Assembly: GCA_035624425.1 (NCBI GenBank)
Contig: DASPRN010000087.1
Coordinates: 184 to 64,183 of the forward strand
Direction: 5' to 3'
DNA length: 64,000 nucleotides
Source: Gaiellaceae bacterium
Lineage (GTDB): Bacteria; Actinomycetota; Thermoleophilia; Gaiellales; Gaiellaceae
Part shown: positions 1 through 9,981 of the stretch, piece by piece
How positions within the stretch are numbered: position 1 is the first letter of the stretch
Layout: the number at the start of each line of letters is the position of its first letter
Notes under the pieces: model-generated
What the model saw: only the letters and a program-made list of their open reading frames with translations
Database searches by the model: none
What the model was told of the DNA's origin: nothing
Made by a program: the position numbers and the translations under genes

Positions 1-1138
<1,138 letters not shown>

Positions 1139-1148
1139 CAGGAAGCTA

Positions 1149-1154
1149 AGGCTA
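1149..1154 (-). promoter_or_regulatory. -10-like TAGCCT, 10 nt upstream of the uvrB GTG
   Basis: TAGCCT-TAGCTTCCTG-GTG; the spacing is rather long. Confidence 0.3.
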
Positions 1155-1161
1155 GCGAGGC

Positions 1162-2436
1162 CTAGCCCGCGTCCGGCTCGGGGAGGTCGCGCAGCTGCAG
1201 GAACGGCGAGGGGATCAGCCAGAGCACGCCGGCGATCGCGCCGAGCGAGCCGACCCAGAGCGCCGACCGCAGTCCGATCCACGTGCCGAGCGCGCCGCCG
1301 ACGAGGGCGCCCACCGGCCGCACGCCGTAGTTGACGACCATGTAGGCGCCCGAGACGCGGGAGCGCAGCCGGTCGGGGATGAGCGCCGCCTGGATCGAGC
1401 CGGCCGTGATGTCGAGGACCATCACGCCGAAGCCCGAGAGGAACTCGGCCGCGAACAGGAACGCGAGGATCTGCCAGTTCGCGCCGCCGGCGAGCGGCAC
1501 GAGCACGAGCGGCAGGGGGAAGAGCACGCACCCGAGGACGAACGCAGGCCCGACGCCGATCCGGTCGCTGATCCGGCCGGTCACGATCGAGCCGGTCAGG
1601 CCGCCGACCGAGGCGGCGCCGAGGACCAGTCCGAGCGCGCCGGGGCTGACGCCGAGCGAGCGGACCGCGTAGAGGAAGAACAGCGCCCAGAAGACGAAGT
1701 TGAAGAAGTTGATCGTCGCGGTCGCGAGCAGCGACGAGCGCAGGATCGCGGAGTGCCAGAGGTAGGACATCCCGGCCTTCAGGTGGCCGCTTTCGGCGGT
1801 TTCGGTCGGCGGCTCCTCTGGATGGATGGACGACATGCTGAATGCCGAGACGAGGAACGAGAGCGAGTCGACGACCAGGGCCGCCGGGGCCGAGAACGCC
1901 TGGACGAGCAGCCCGCCGATGCTCGGCCCGGCGATGAACGAGAACGCGCGGCTGCCGTTCAGGAGCGAGCTCGCCTCGAGGTACCGCTCGCGCGGGACGA
2001 GCATGACGAAGAGCGCCTGGTACGAGACGTAGAAGAGCACGCTCATCGTCCCGACCAGGAAGCCGACCACGTAGAGCTGCGCCAGCGTCAGGACGCCGAG
2101 CCAGTACGCGACCGGAATCGTTGCGAGCAGCGCGGCGCGCCCGAAGGCGGTGAAGATCATCGTCTGGCGCCGACGGCCGCGCCGGTCGACGAGTGCGCCG
2201 GCGTGCAGAGAGAAGAGCAGGTTCGGGACCAGCTCCGCCGCGCCGAGGAGCCCCATCTGCGCCGCGCTCGCGTTCAGAACGAGCACGCCGACGAGCGGGA
2301 CCGCGATCAGCGAGATCTGGTCGCCGAAGAGCGAGATCGTCTCTCCGATCCAGAAGCGCCGGAAGTCACGCAGCTTGAGCGCCGCGGGTAACCGCAGGCG
2401 TCGCCGCGGCGCTTCCGTCGCCTCGAGCGGGTTCAT
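1162..2436 (-). CDS. MFS transporter
   Basis: 424 aa, about 12 hydrophobic segments. N-terminus [20 protein letters not shown] is typical of MFS exporters. ATGA overlap with the downstream gene. Confidence 0.8.
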   Translation of the reverse strand: MNPLEATEAPRRRLRLPAALKLRDFRRFWIGETISLFGDQISLIAVPLVGVLVLNASAAQMGLLGAAELVPNLLFSLHAGALVDRRGRRRQTMIFTAFGRAALLATIPVAYWLGVLTLAQLYVVGFLVGTMSVLFYVSYQALFVMLVPRERYLEASSLLNGSRAFSFIAGPSIGGLLVQAFSAPAALVVDSLSFLVSAFSMSSIHPEEPPTETAESGHLKAGMSYLWHSAILRSSLLATATINFFNFVFWALFFLYAVRSLGVSPGALGLVLGAASVGGLTGSIVTGRISDRIGVGPAFVLGCVLFPLPLVLVPLAGGANWQILAFLFAAEFLSGFGVMVLDITAGSIQAALIPDRLRSRVSGAYMVVNYGVRPVGALVGGALGTWIGLRSALWVGSLGAIAGVLWLIPSPFLQLRDLPEPDAG

Positions 2437-3308
2437 CCCCGGACGACCGTGATGTCGCCGCTCATCGTGTGGGCGCGCAGCTCGATGTGCGGCGCGTCGC
2501 CCTCCGGCGGCGTGTCGGAGACCGGCAGCTCGGAGCTGACGTCGCCGCTGCGCGAGCGGGCGTCGACCCAGAGCGTCGAGCCCTCGCGGATCCCGATCTT
2601 CAGGTCGCCGGAGGCCGACTTGAGCGTGACCTTGCCCGCGCTCGCAGAGCCGATCGTCTGGTCGCCCGAGGCGGTGTTGAGGCTCACGGACGAGCGGGTC
2701 TCCCGGACCTGGACGTCGCCGGAGGCGCTGTTCACCTCGAGCGCGCCGGCGGCCTCACCGAGCTCCACGTCGCCAGAGGCCGAGTTGACCTTCGAGTCGC
2801 CGGCGACCGCACCCACCTGCACGTCGCCGGAGGCGGCGTTCGCGCGCAGGTCGCCTTCGACCCGGCCCAGCTCCACGTCGCCGCTGGCCGCGTTCACCTT
2901 CGCGTCGCCGCTGAGCTCGCCGAACTGCACGTCGCCCGAGCCGGTCTCGACCTCGATCGACCCGAAGCGGCCGGAGCCCTCGACGCCTGCCGAGCCGGTC
3001 TTCGCCCTCACGCCCGCGTCGTCGGGGCAGCGGACCTCGACGAGCACCTCCGCCCGGCGGAAGCGCTTGTCGCGGACGTCGACGACGACCTCGTGGCCCT
3101 CGGCGCGCTTGCGCAGCTCGATGCGCGCGTCGGCGATCGCCTGGGCCGTCGCCTCGTTGTCGCGCAGCGGCTCGAGCGTGACCGTCGTGGTGCCCGACTC
3201 GCCGCTCGCGAGCCTGATCTCCCCCGCTCCGAGCCTGAGGTCGAGCCTGACCGGCCCGGGAGTCTCGAAGTTCTCGGTCCTCATCGCCGCGTCCTCTCGC
3301 AATGTCAT
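2433..3308 (-). CDS. DUF4097-like beta-strand repeat protein (putative adhesin fold)
   Basis: Repeated ASGDV/SGDV units over about 200 aa. GGAGG lies 5 nt upstream of the ATG at 3308. Confidence 0.7.
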   Translation of the reverse strand: MTLREDAAMRTENFETPGPVRLDLRLGAGEIRLASGESGTTTVTLEPLRDNEATAQAIADARIELRKRAEGHEVVVDVRDKRFRRAEVLVEVRCPDDAGVRAKTGSAGVEGSGRFGSIEVETGSGDVQFGELSGDAKVNAASGDVELGRVEGDLRANAASGDVQVGAVAGDSKVNSASGDVELGEAAGALEVNSASGDVQVRETRSSVSLNTASGDQTIGSASAGKVTLKSASGDLKIGIREGSTLWVDARSRSGDVSSELPVSDTPPEGDAPHIELRAHTMSGDITVVRG

Positions 3309-3321
3309 CGTCCCCTCCTTG

Positions 3322-3777
3322 CTAGCTCCGGGCCCAGCCCTGGAGCCGGTTGCCTGATTGCACGGACGTGCCGGACGTCGTCGAGCGCGTGAGCGCCCGC
3401 ACGATCCAGGTGTTCACCGAGACGCCGTCGCGTGCGGCCGCGGACTCGACCGCGGTCTTGAGGGCCTCGGGGAGCCGGAGCGAGATGCGGGCGGTGTGGC
3501 CGTCGTCTGCCGCGGCCGCGGGCGCCGGCTCGGGCTCGTCCCCGACGAAGACGAGCTCGGGGTCCTGCCCGGCCAGCCTGACCTCGACGTGGCCGGAAGG
3601 AAGCCTGTCGGTCAACTCGAGCGCCGCTTCCGAGAGCGCATCGAGCAGGCGCAGGCCGATCGAGGCCTGGAGCGACACGACGAGACGCGAGGCGGCTTCC
3701 GCCGTGGCGTCGTCGCCGAGCTCCGCGACCGCTGTCAGGTCGGCTCTGAGCGCATCGACATACCGTTGTAGCTGCAT
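3322..3777 (-). CDS. Hypothetical protein with C-terminal ribbon-helix-helix (Arc/HicB-like) DNA-binding motif
   Basis: The segment ISLRLPEALKTAVESAAARDGVSVNTWIVRAL looks RHH-like. First gene of the RHH-DUF4097-MFS string, just downstream of a strong promoter-like site. Confidence 0.6.
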   Translation of the reverse strand: MQLQRYVDALRADLTAVAELGDDATAEAASRLVVSLQASIGLRLLDALSEAALELTDRLPSGHVEVRLAGQDPELVFVGDEPEPAPAAAADDGHTARISLRLPEALKTAVESAAARDGVSVNTWIVRALTRSTTSGTSVQSGNRLQGWARS

Positions 3778-3786
3778 GATGACGTC

Positions 3787-3815
3787 ACTATGACATCATT
3801 CACGATGTCTGTCAA
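3787..3815 (-). promoter_or_regulatory. Promoter TTGACA-17nt-CATAGT for the RHH/DUF4097/MFS operon
   Basis: Perfect -35 (3810-3815), 17-nt spacer, -10 at 3787-3792, then 9 nt to the ATG at 3777. No SD. Confidence 0.55.
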
Positions 3816-3818
3816 GCG

Positions 3819-4373
3819 CTACGGTGATGCACCGTACAGCTGCGTGCGGTAGCCGCGCCGGTAGAGCGTCTTCAGGTGCTCGACCCGCGAGACGTAGTGC
3901 CGGGTCTCCGAGAAGGCGATCCCCCGCCCCTCGCTGCGCCAGGTGTCGACGTTCTCCTGGCCGGCGTTGTAGGCCGCGAGCGCCGTCCGCTCGTCGCCGT
4001 ACTTGTCGAGCAGATGGCGCAGGTACCAGGCGCCGTAGCGGACGTTGATCTCCGGGTCATCCAGGTCCGCGACGCGGAAGCGCGAGCCGCCGGTGTGGAC
4101 GGCGATCCCCTTCGCGGTCGACGGCAGGAGCTGCATCAGGCCGATCGCGCCGGAGCTCGAACGCGCGTGGACGTGGAACTTGCTCTCCTGGTAGATGACT
4201 GCCGCGAGCAGAGCCGGGTCGAGCCGGTAGTTGTGTGCGTGGCCGCGGACGATCGCCTGGTAGCGGAGCGGGTAGACGAGCCGCACGTACCAGCCGGGCT
4301 CGGTCGAGTGCACGTACGCGAAGCCTCCGCCGAGGACAACGGCGACAACGAGCAATGCCAGGAGCTTCTTCAC
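3819..4373 (-). CDS. Lytic transglycosylase (SLT domain), membrane-anchored
   Basis: YQESKF, GLMQL and AYNAG motifs. I place the start at GTG 4373 (VKKLLALLVVAVV anchor), overlapping the coaE stop as GTGA. The Arg-rich track extension to 4658 overlaps coaE. Confidence 0.8.
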   Translation of the reverse strand: MKKLLALLVVAVVLGGGFAYVHSTEPGWYVRLVYPLRYQAIVRGHAHNYRLDPALLAAVIYQESKFHVHARSSSGAIGLMQLLPSTAKGIAVHTGGSRFRVADLDDPEINVRYGAWYLRHLLDKYGDERTALAAYNAGQENVDTWRSEGRGIAFSETRHYVSRVEHLKTLYRRGYRTQLYGASP

Positions 4374-4957
4374 CCCAAGAGGTCGTCCATCACCCCGGCG
4401 ACGAACGCGTCGAGCTCCTCCAGCGAGCCGTCGTTCACGTAGACGTAGTTCGCCCGGGCGGCCTTCTCCTCGTCCGGAAGCAGCCGCGGCTCGCGCAGCT
4501 CCGACGGGACCCGCGTGCGTGCGGCCCGGATCTCCGGCGGGGCGGTGACGACTACCACCGCGTCGAAGCGGTCCTGGCCGCCGACCTCGTAGAGCAGCGG
4601 CACCTCGGTCACGCAGACGGCGGGCGGGTTCGGCAGCCGGCCGAGCTGCTCGCGCCACTCGAGGTACTCACGCGACACCAGCGGGTGCAGCAGCCCCTCG
4701 AGCCAGTCGAGCGCCTCGGGATCGGGGAAGACGATGTCGGCGATCGCGCTCCGGTCGATCTGCTCCGCCTCGTCGAGGATCCGGTCACCGAACCGCTCGA
4801 GCAGCGCCTCGCGCACGCCGGCGTCCTCGCGCAGCAGCCGGTGGACGATCTCGTCGCTGGAGACGGTCGCCGCGCCGTGACGTGCGAAGGCGGCGAGGGC
4901 CTCGCTCTTCCCCGCTCCGATGCCGCCGGTGATGGCGACGGCAAGGGGGCGTTCCAT
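4370..4957 (-). CDS. coaE: Dephospho-CoA kinase
   Basis: N-terminal P-loop AITGGIGAGKS; length 195 aa. Confidence 0.85.
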   Translation of the reverse strand: MERPLAVAITGGIGAGKSEALAAFARHGAATVSSDEIVHRLLREDAGVREALLERFGDRILDEAEQIDRSAIADIVFPDPEALDWLEGLLHPLVSREYLEWREQLGRLPNPPAVCVTEVPLLYEVGGQDRFDAVVVVTAPPEIRAARTRVPSELREPRLLPDEEKAARANYVYVNDGSLEELDAFVAGVMDDLLG

Positions 4958-4987
4958 CAGACGGCCGTGCCGGTAAGCCGGCCCGGC

Positions 4988-5006
4988 CTCCCTGATCGGC
5001 GTCGCA
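4988..5006 (-). repeat. Hairpin of the GGCRTCGC-TT-GCGAYGCC family, 3' of rpsA
   Basis: Minus strand reads GGCGCTCGCTTGCGACGCC (one bulge, CUUG-type loop). Confidence 0.5.
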
Positions 5007-5019
5007 AGCGAGCGCCTTG

Positions 5020-6405
5020 CTACTCGGGTGCTGCGGGGGGCTCGCCCTCGGAGTCGCCAGGGCCCGGCTCGTCCGGTGCGACGGCGTCGGCCTCGATGCT
5101 CTCGTCGAGGAGCTCCTCGGCGGCCGGCTCCTCCTCGGCCGGTGCCTCGACCTCGGCGACGGGCTCCACGGCCTCGTCCGGTTCGGCGGCGGGCGCGGCG
5201 CCCTCCGGAAAGACCTCCTCGGAGAGCTCGAGGTTCGGCGTGCCCTCGACGGGCTCCGAATCGTCAGCGCGCTGGGTGACGCCGCCGCCCTCGACGCGCT
5301 TCAGCGAGAGCGAAAGCCGGCGCCGCTCGGCGTCGACTTCGATGATCTTGGCGCTGACGAGATCGCCCTGGGACACGACCTCGCGCGGGTTCTCGACGTG
5401 ATGCTGCGCGAGCTCGGAGATGTGCACCAGCCCCTCGACGCCGGGCAGGATCTCGACGAAGGCGCCGAAGGTGACGACCTTCGTGACCTTGCCCTCGACC
5501 GTGTCGCCCTCGTGGTACGTCTCGAGCACCTGCTGCCACGGGTCGGACTGCGTCTGCTTGAGGCCGAGCGAGATCCGCTGCCGCTCGCGGTCGATGTCCA
5601 GCACCTTGACCTTCACGTCCTGGCCGATCTCGAGCACCTCGGACGGGTGGTTCACGTGCGACCACGAGAGCTCGGAGATGTGGATCAGGCCGTCCATGCC
5701 GTCCAGGTCGACGAAGGCGCCGAAGTCGACGATGTTGGAGATCTGGCCGTCGACGACGTCGCCGGGGTTGAGCCGGTCGAGGATCTGCTGCCGCTGCTCC
5801 TTGCGCTCGTCCTCGAGCACCGCGCGGCGCGAGAGCACGACGTTGTTGCGCGAACGGTTGAGCTCGATCACCTTCGCGCGCAGCTCCTGGCCGAGGAACT
5901 CGTCGAGGTCCTGCACTCGACGGATGTCCACCAGCGAGGCGGGCAGGAAGCCACGCACGCCGAGGTCGAGGATCAGGCCGCCCTTGACGACCTCGATCAC
6001 CCTGCCGTCGACGGGGTCTCCGGACTCGGCCGCCTGCTCGATCGCTTTCCACGCCATCTCGAAGCGGGCGCGCTTCTTGGAGAGGATCAGCCTGCCCTCG
6101 GCGTCCTCCTTGGTCAGCACGAGCGCGTCCACCTCGTCGCCGAGGTTGACCTCGTCGGCCGGGTTCACGGAGCGGCGAATCGAGAGCTCCGCGACGGGGA
6201 TCACGCCCTCCGACTTGTAGCCGATGTCGACGAGCACCTCGTCCTTGTCCACACGGACGACGGTGCCGTGCACAACCTCGCCCTCGTTGATCGTCGGGAA
6301 GGTCGACTCGTAGTCGGGCACGCGCTCGCCGTCCTCGGTCGTCGTCCAGACGCCGGGGTCGTCGAGCTGCTGCTGCTCGCGGTCTACGGTTTCGTTGGCC
6401 ATCAC
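5020..6405 (-). CDS. rpsA: 30S ribosomal protein S1
   Basis: Four S1 repeats (GxVxxVxxxGAFVD-type) and an acidic C-terminal tail. The start is GTG 6405 or ATG 6402. Confidence 0.95.
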   Translation of the reverse strand: MMANETVDREQQQLDDPGVWTTTEDGERVPDYESTFPTINEGEVVHGTVVRVDKDEVLVDIGYKSEGVIPVAELSIRRSVNPADEVNLGDEVDALVLTKEDAEGRLILSKKRARFEMAWKAIEQAAESGDPVDGRVIEVVKGGLILDLGVRGFLPASLVDIRRVQDLDEFLGQELRAKVIELNRSRNNVVLSRRAVLEDERKEQRQQILDRLNPGDVVDGQISNIVDFGAFVDLDGMDGLIHISELSWSHVNHPSEVLEIGQDVKVKVLDIDRERQRISLGLKQTQSDPWQQVLETYHEGDTVEGKVTKVVTFGAFVEILPGVEGLVHISELAQHHVENPREVVSQGDLVSAKIIEVDAERRRLSLSLKRVEGGGVTQRADDSEPVEGTPNLELSEEVFPEGAAPAAEPDEAVEPVAEVEAPAEEEPAAEELLDESIEADAVAPDEPGPGDSEGEPPAAPE

Positions 6406-6416
6406 GGAAGCCGGTC

Positions 6417-6422
6417 AGTATA
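6417..6422 (-). promoter_or_regulatory. -10-like TATACT upstream of rpsA
   Basis: TATACT, then 11 nt to GTG or 14 nt to ATG. Very short leader. Confidence 0.4.
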
Positions 6423-6467
6423 GCCGCGGGCCGCTTGGCGACCCGCTTTGCGCCAGGGCCGGGGCTT

Positions 6468-9035
6468 TCAGTCCTTGGCCGCGTTCCAGTCGTCGCCGGC
6501 GCCGACGTCGACCTCGAGGGGCGGGTCGAGCTCGAAGGCGCCGACCATTTCCTCGCGGACGAGCTTCTTGGCGGCCGCGATCTCCACCTCGGGCGCCTCC
6601 AGCAGCAGCTCGTCGTGCACCTGGAGGACGAGCCGCGCCGAGCGGCCCTCCGCGAGGAGCCGGTCGTGGATCGCGACCATCGCCCGCTTGATCACGTCGG
6701 CGGCCGTGCCCTGCATGACCGAGTTGACGGCCAGCCGCTCCCCGAGCGAGCGCGTCTGCCGGTTCGAGGCACGGATCTCCGGCACCGGCCTGCGGCGACC
6801 GAAGAGCGTCGTCACGTAGCCGTCGCGGGCCGCCTGCTCGATCGTCCGCTCGATGAAGTCCTGCACGTGCGGGAAGCGCGCCAGGTAGGCGTCGATGTAG
6901 GCCTGCGCCTCGTCGCGCGGGATCTCGAGGTTCTCGGAGAGCCCGAACGACGAGATCCCGTAGATGATCCCGAAGTTGACCATCTTGGCGACGTTGCGCT
7001 CGTCCTTGGTCAGCGTCGCCGGGTCCTTGCCCAGCACCTCCGCGGCGGTCGTCGTGTGGATGTCCTCGCCGCGCTCGAACGACTCCTTCAGCTTCGGCTC
7101 GCCGGAGACGTGCGCGAGGATCCGCAGCTCGACCTGCGAGTAGTCGGCCGAGATCAGCTTGTGACCCGGCTCGGCGACGAAGGCCGAACGGATCTCGCGG
7201 CCGAGCTCGGTGCGGATCGGGATCGCCTGCAGGTTCGGGTTGGTCGTCGAGAGACGACCGGTCGCCGCGACGGTCTGGTTGAACGTCGTGTGCAGGCGGC
7301 CGTCCTCGCCGAGCATCGACGGCAGCGGGCCGAGGTAGGTGTTGAGCAGCTTCGAGTACTCCCGCCACTCCTCGATCACGCCGACCAGCTCGTGCTCGCC
7401 GCGGATCGTGCGCAGGACGCGGCTGTCGGTCGAGTAGCCGGTCTTGCCCTTCCGGCCGGGCGTGAGGCCGAGCTTCTCGAACAGGATCCGCGCAACCTGC
7501 TGGGTCGAGCCGAGCATGAACTCCTCGGCGGCGAGCTCGTAGGCCTTTGCCTCGAGCTCCTCGACGCGGTCGGCGAGGCGGGCCGTGATCTCGCCCATGC
7601 GGTAGGTGTCGACCTTCACGCCGGCGTGCTCCATCGCGGTCAGGACGGCGGTGAGCGGCAGCTCGATCTCGCGGTAGAGCGACTCGGCGCCGCGCTCGCG
7701 GACGCGCTCGAGCAGCGGGTCGCGCAGGCGGAGCGTGGCCGCAGCGTGTCGGACGAGCCTCGCGGTCTCCTCCTCGGCGTCCGGGTCGGGGACGAGCTCC
7801 AGCCCGTACTCGGCCGCGAGGTCGTCGAGGTCGTACTCGGCCCGGCCCGGGTCGATCAGGTAGGCGAGGATCATCGTGTCGTCGACCGCGTCCACCACGC
7901 CGAGCGCCTTGGCGTCGTGCGCGACGAGCTCGCCCTCGAGCCGCTCCGGCCGCGGCGAGACGACGACCTCCTCCCCCGCCGCCGCCGCCGCGATCCGCTC
8001 CGCGTCCCCGGCGATCCCGGCCGTTCCCCCACCTAGTAACACTGTGTTACTAAGTTCCTCGCGCCACGGGACCTTGACGCCCGCAGGCTTGACCCTGGCG
8101 GCGGCGGGGACCGCGGCGTCGAGCTCGTCGACGCGACCGAGCAGGTTGCGGAACTCGAAGCGCCGGAACATCTCCTTCAGCTTCGAGCGGTCGGGCGGCA
8201 AGAGCACCAGCTCGGCCGGATCGCTGCCGAGCTCGAGGTCGGTCCGCATCGTCGCCAGCACCTTCGCGCCGCGCGCCTGGTCGGCGTGCTCGCGGACGGC
8301 CTTCGCGCGGGCCGGCGTCAGCTCGTCCACATGTTCGAGCACCTCTTCGAGCGACCCGTACTTCGCGATGAGCTGGCCCGCGGTCTTGTCGCCGATCCCC
8401 GGGATCCCCGGGATGTTGTCGGAGGGGTCGCCCTTGAGCGCGATGAAGTCCGGCACCTGCTCCGGCGTGATCCCCAGCCGTGCCTCCACTCGCTCCGGCG
8501 TGTAGACGTGGACGTCGGAGACGCCGCGCGGGGTCATCATCAGCGCGACGTTGTCGGTGACGAGCTGAAAGGCGTCGCGGTCGGTCGAGACGACGGTGGT
8601 CTTGATCCCTGCCTCGTCGGCCTGGTGCGCCAGCGTCGCGATCACGTCGTCCGCCTCCCAGCCCTCGAACTCCAGGTTGCGGTAGCCGAAGGCCTCGACG
8701 ATCGGCCGGAAGTACGGGAACTGCTCGCGGAGCAGGTCCGGCATCGGGCGGCGCTCGATCTTGTACGTCTCCAGCAGCTCGGTCCGGTGGACGGGCCGCG
8801 TGTCCCAGGCGACGGCGACGCCCTTCGGCCGGTAGTCGGCGAGCAGCTTGAAGAGCATGTTCGTGAAGCCGAGCAGCGCGTTCGTGGAGAAGCCCTCGCT
8901 CGTCGCCAGCTCCTCGGGCAGGGCGAAGAAGGCCCGGTAGGCGAGGTTGTTTCCGTCGACCAGGAACAGCTCGGAATCGCGCGCCGGCGCATCGTCGAGC
9001 TGCAGCTCGGCTCCGGTGAGCGTCTTCGGAGACAT
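6468..9035 (-). CDS. polA: DNA polymerase I
   Basis: 5' nuclease motif LVDGNNLAYRAFFA. Polymerase motifs DYSQVELRILAH, KMVNFGIIYG and QVHDELL. I prefer ATG 9035 (TAGACT box 7 nt upstream); the track start at 9074 remains possible. Confidence 0.93.
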   Translation of the reverse strand: MSPKTLTGAELQLDDAPARDSELFLVDGNNLAYRAFFALPEELATSEGFSTNALLGFTNMLFKLLADYRPKGVAVAWDTRPVHRTELLETYKIERRPMPDLLREQFPYFRPIVEAFGYRNLEFEGWEADDVIATLAHQADEAGIKTTVVSTDRDAFQLVTDNVALMMTPRGVSDVHVYTPERVEARLGITPEQVPDFIALKGDPSDNIPGIPGIGDKTAGQLIAKYGSLEEVLEHVDELTPARAKAVREHADQARGAKVLATMRTDLELGSDPAELVLLPPDRSKLKEMFRRFEFRNLLGRVDELDAAVPAAARVKPAGVKVPWREELSNTVLLGGGTAGIAGDAERIAAAAAGEEVVVSPRPERLEGELVAHDAKALGVVDAVDDTMILAYLIDPGRAEYDLDDLAAEYGLELVPDPDAEEETARLVRHAAATLRLRDPLLERVRERGAESLYREIELPLTAVLTAMEHAGVKVDTYRMGEITARLADRVEELEAKAYELAAEEFMLGSTQQVARILFEKLGLTPGRKGKTGYSTDSRVLRTIRGEHELVGVIEEWREYSKLLNTYLGPLPSMLGEDGRLHTTFNQTVAATGRLSTTNPNLQAIPIRTELGREIRSAFVAEPGHKLISADYSQVELRILAHVSGEPKLKESFERGEDIHTTTAAEVLGKDPATLTKDERNVAKMVNFGIIYGISSFGLSENLEIPRDEAQAYIDAYLARFPHVQDFIERTIEQAARDGYVTTLFGRRRPVPEIRASNRQTRSLGERLAVNSVMQGTAADVIKRAMVAIHDRLLAEGRSARLVLQVHDELLLEAPEVEIAAAKKLVREEMVGAFELDPPLEVDVGAGDDWNAAKD
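8034..8052. repeat. Perfect 19-bp palindrome TAGTAACAC-T-GTGTTACTA inside polA
   Basis: Read directly; 9+1+9 with no mismatch. Confidence 0.9.
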
Positions 9036-9042
9036 CTCTGCG

Positions 9043-9048
9043 AGTCTA
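9043..9048 (-). promoter_or_regulatory. -10-like TAGACT, 7 nt upstream of the polA ATG (leaderless)
   Basis: TAGACT-CGCAGAG-ATG, nearly the same string as the leuS-leader promoter. Confidence 0.5.
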
Positions 9049-9054
9049 CGTCCG

Positions 9055-9981
9055 ATGGCCGGCCCCAAAGTCATTGCCTTCGCCGACGAGCACCTCGACG
9101 ATGCGGCTGCCCTTCTGGCGGCCCGTCACGCCCGCCACCGGGAGGCGGAACCGCTGCTCCCGGAGCTCGGCGACCCGCTCGCCGCGTTGGAACAGGAGTG
9201 GCGCACGGAAGGCGCTTCGGGCGTGTTCGCGCCGGGTCGCGGTTACCTGATCGCTGCGCCCATCACCTTCCGCGGCATCACGTGGATGCGAAGCGGGATC
9301 GCAGGCCAGGCGATCGAGGGCGACCGGGAGGCGATGCGCGACCTCTACGCGGCCGCGGCGCAACGCTGGGTGGACGACGGCTACCGGCAGCACGCGGTCT
9401 TCCTGCCGTCACACGACACCGAGCTCGCGGACGCGTGGTTCCGGCTCTCATTTGGCGCCTCGGCCGCGATGGCGATCCGCGAGACCGGGCCGGCGGATGA
9501 GCCGTTCGGCGGCGGCGCGACGATCCGGCCGGGAACGCCGGACGACTTCGCGGTCGCGGCGCGGCTCGAGCTGGCGATGACCGAGGCGATGGAACCCTCG
9601 CCGAGCTTCTCCAATGTCGCCCCGCAGACCTACGAGGAGGTGCTCGCCGAATGGCACGAGGACGACAGCTGGGACCAGTACGAGCTGTTCGTCGCCGAGC
9701 GTGACGGCCGCGTCGTCGGGCACATCCTCCTCTACCGGCGCCCGCCGGACCTGCGGGTCCCCGAGAACAGCATCGACCTGGCGCAGGGCTCGACCGAGCC
9801 CGAGGCGCGCGGCACCGGCGTGGGCCGGGCGCTGACCGAGCACGTGCTCGCCTGGGCGCACGGGCAGGGCATCCCCGTGATGACGACGGACTGGCGCATG
9901 ACCAACCTCTGGGCCTCGCGCTTCTGGCCGAAGCGCGGCTTCCGGCGGGTGTTCCTCCGGCTCTACCGCCACATTCCGTGA
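9055..9981 (+). CDS. GNAT-family N-acetyltransferase, apparently two tandem GNAT folds
   Basis: C-terminal motif EARGTGVGRALTEHVLAWA..FWPKRGF. About 308 aa from ATG 9055. Its stop overlaps the next start as GTGA. Confidence 0.7.
   Translation: MAGPKVIAFADEHLDDAAALLAARHARHREAEPLLPELGDPLAALEQEWRTEGASGVFAPGRGYLIAAPITFRGITWMRSGIAGQAIEGDREAMRDLYAAAAQRWVDDGYRQHAVFLPSHDTELADAWFRLSFGASAAMAIRETGPADEPFGGGATIRPGTPDDFAVAARLELAMTEAMEPSPSFSNVAPQTYEEVLAEWHEDDSWDQYELFVAERDGRVVGHILLYRRPPDLRVPENSIDLAQGSTEPEARGTGVGRALTEHVLAWAHGQGIPVMTTDWRMTNLWASRFWPKRGFRRVFLRLYRHIP

Noticed and set aside
8034-8052. Reading the 19-bp palindrome as parS, dif, matS or a LexA box.
   Set aside because: It shares only loose features: xGTxxCAC with parS half-sites and an odd-centred GTNAC pair like matS. 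It does not match any consensus I know (parS TGTTNCACGTGAAACA, Gram-positive SOS box GAAC-N4-GTTC, 28-bp dif). I kept it as an unexplained site rather than naming it.
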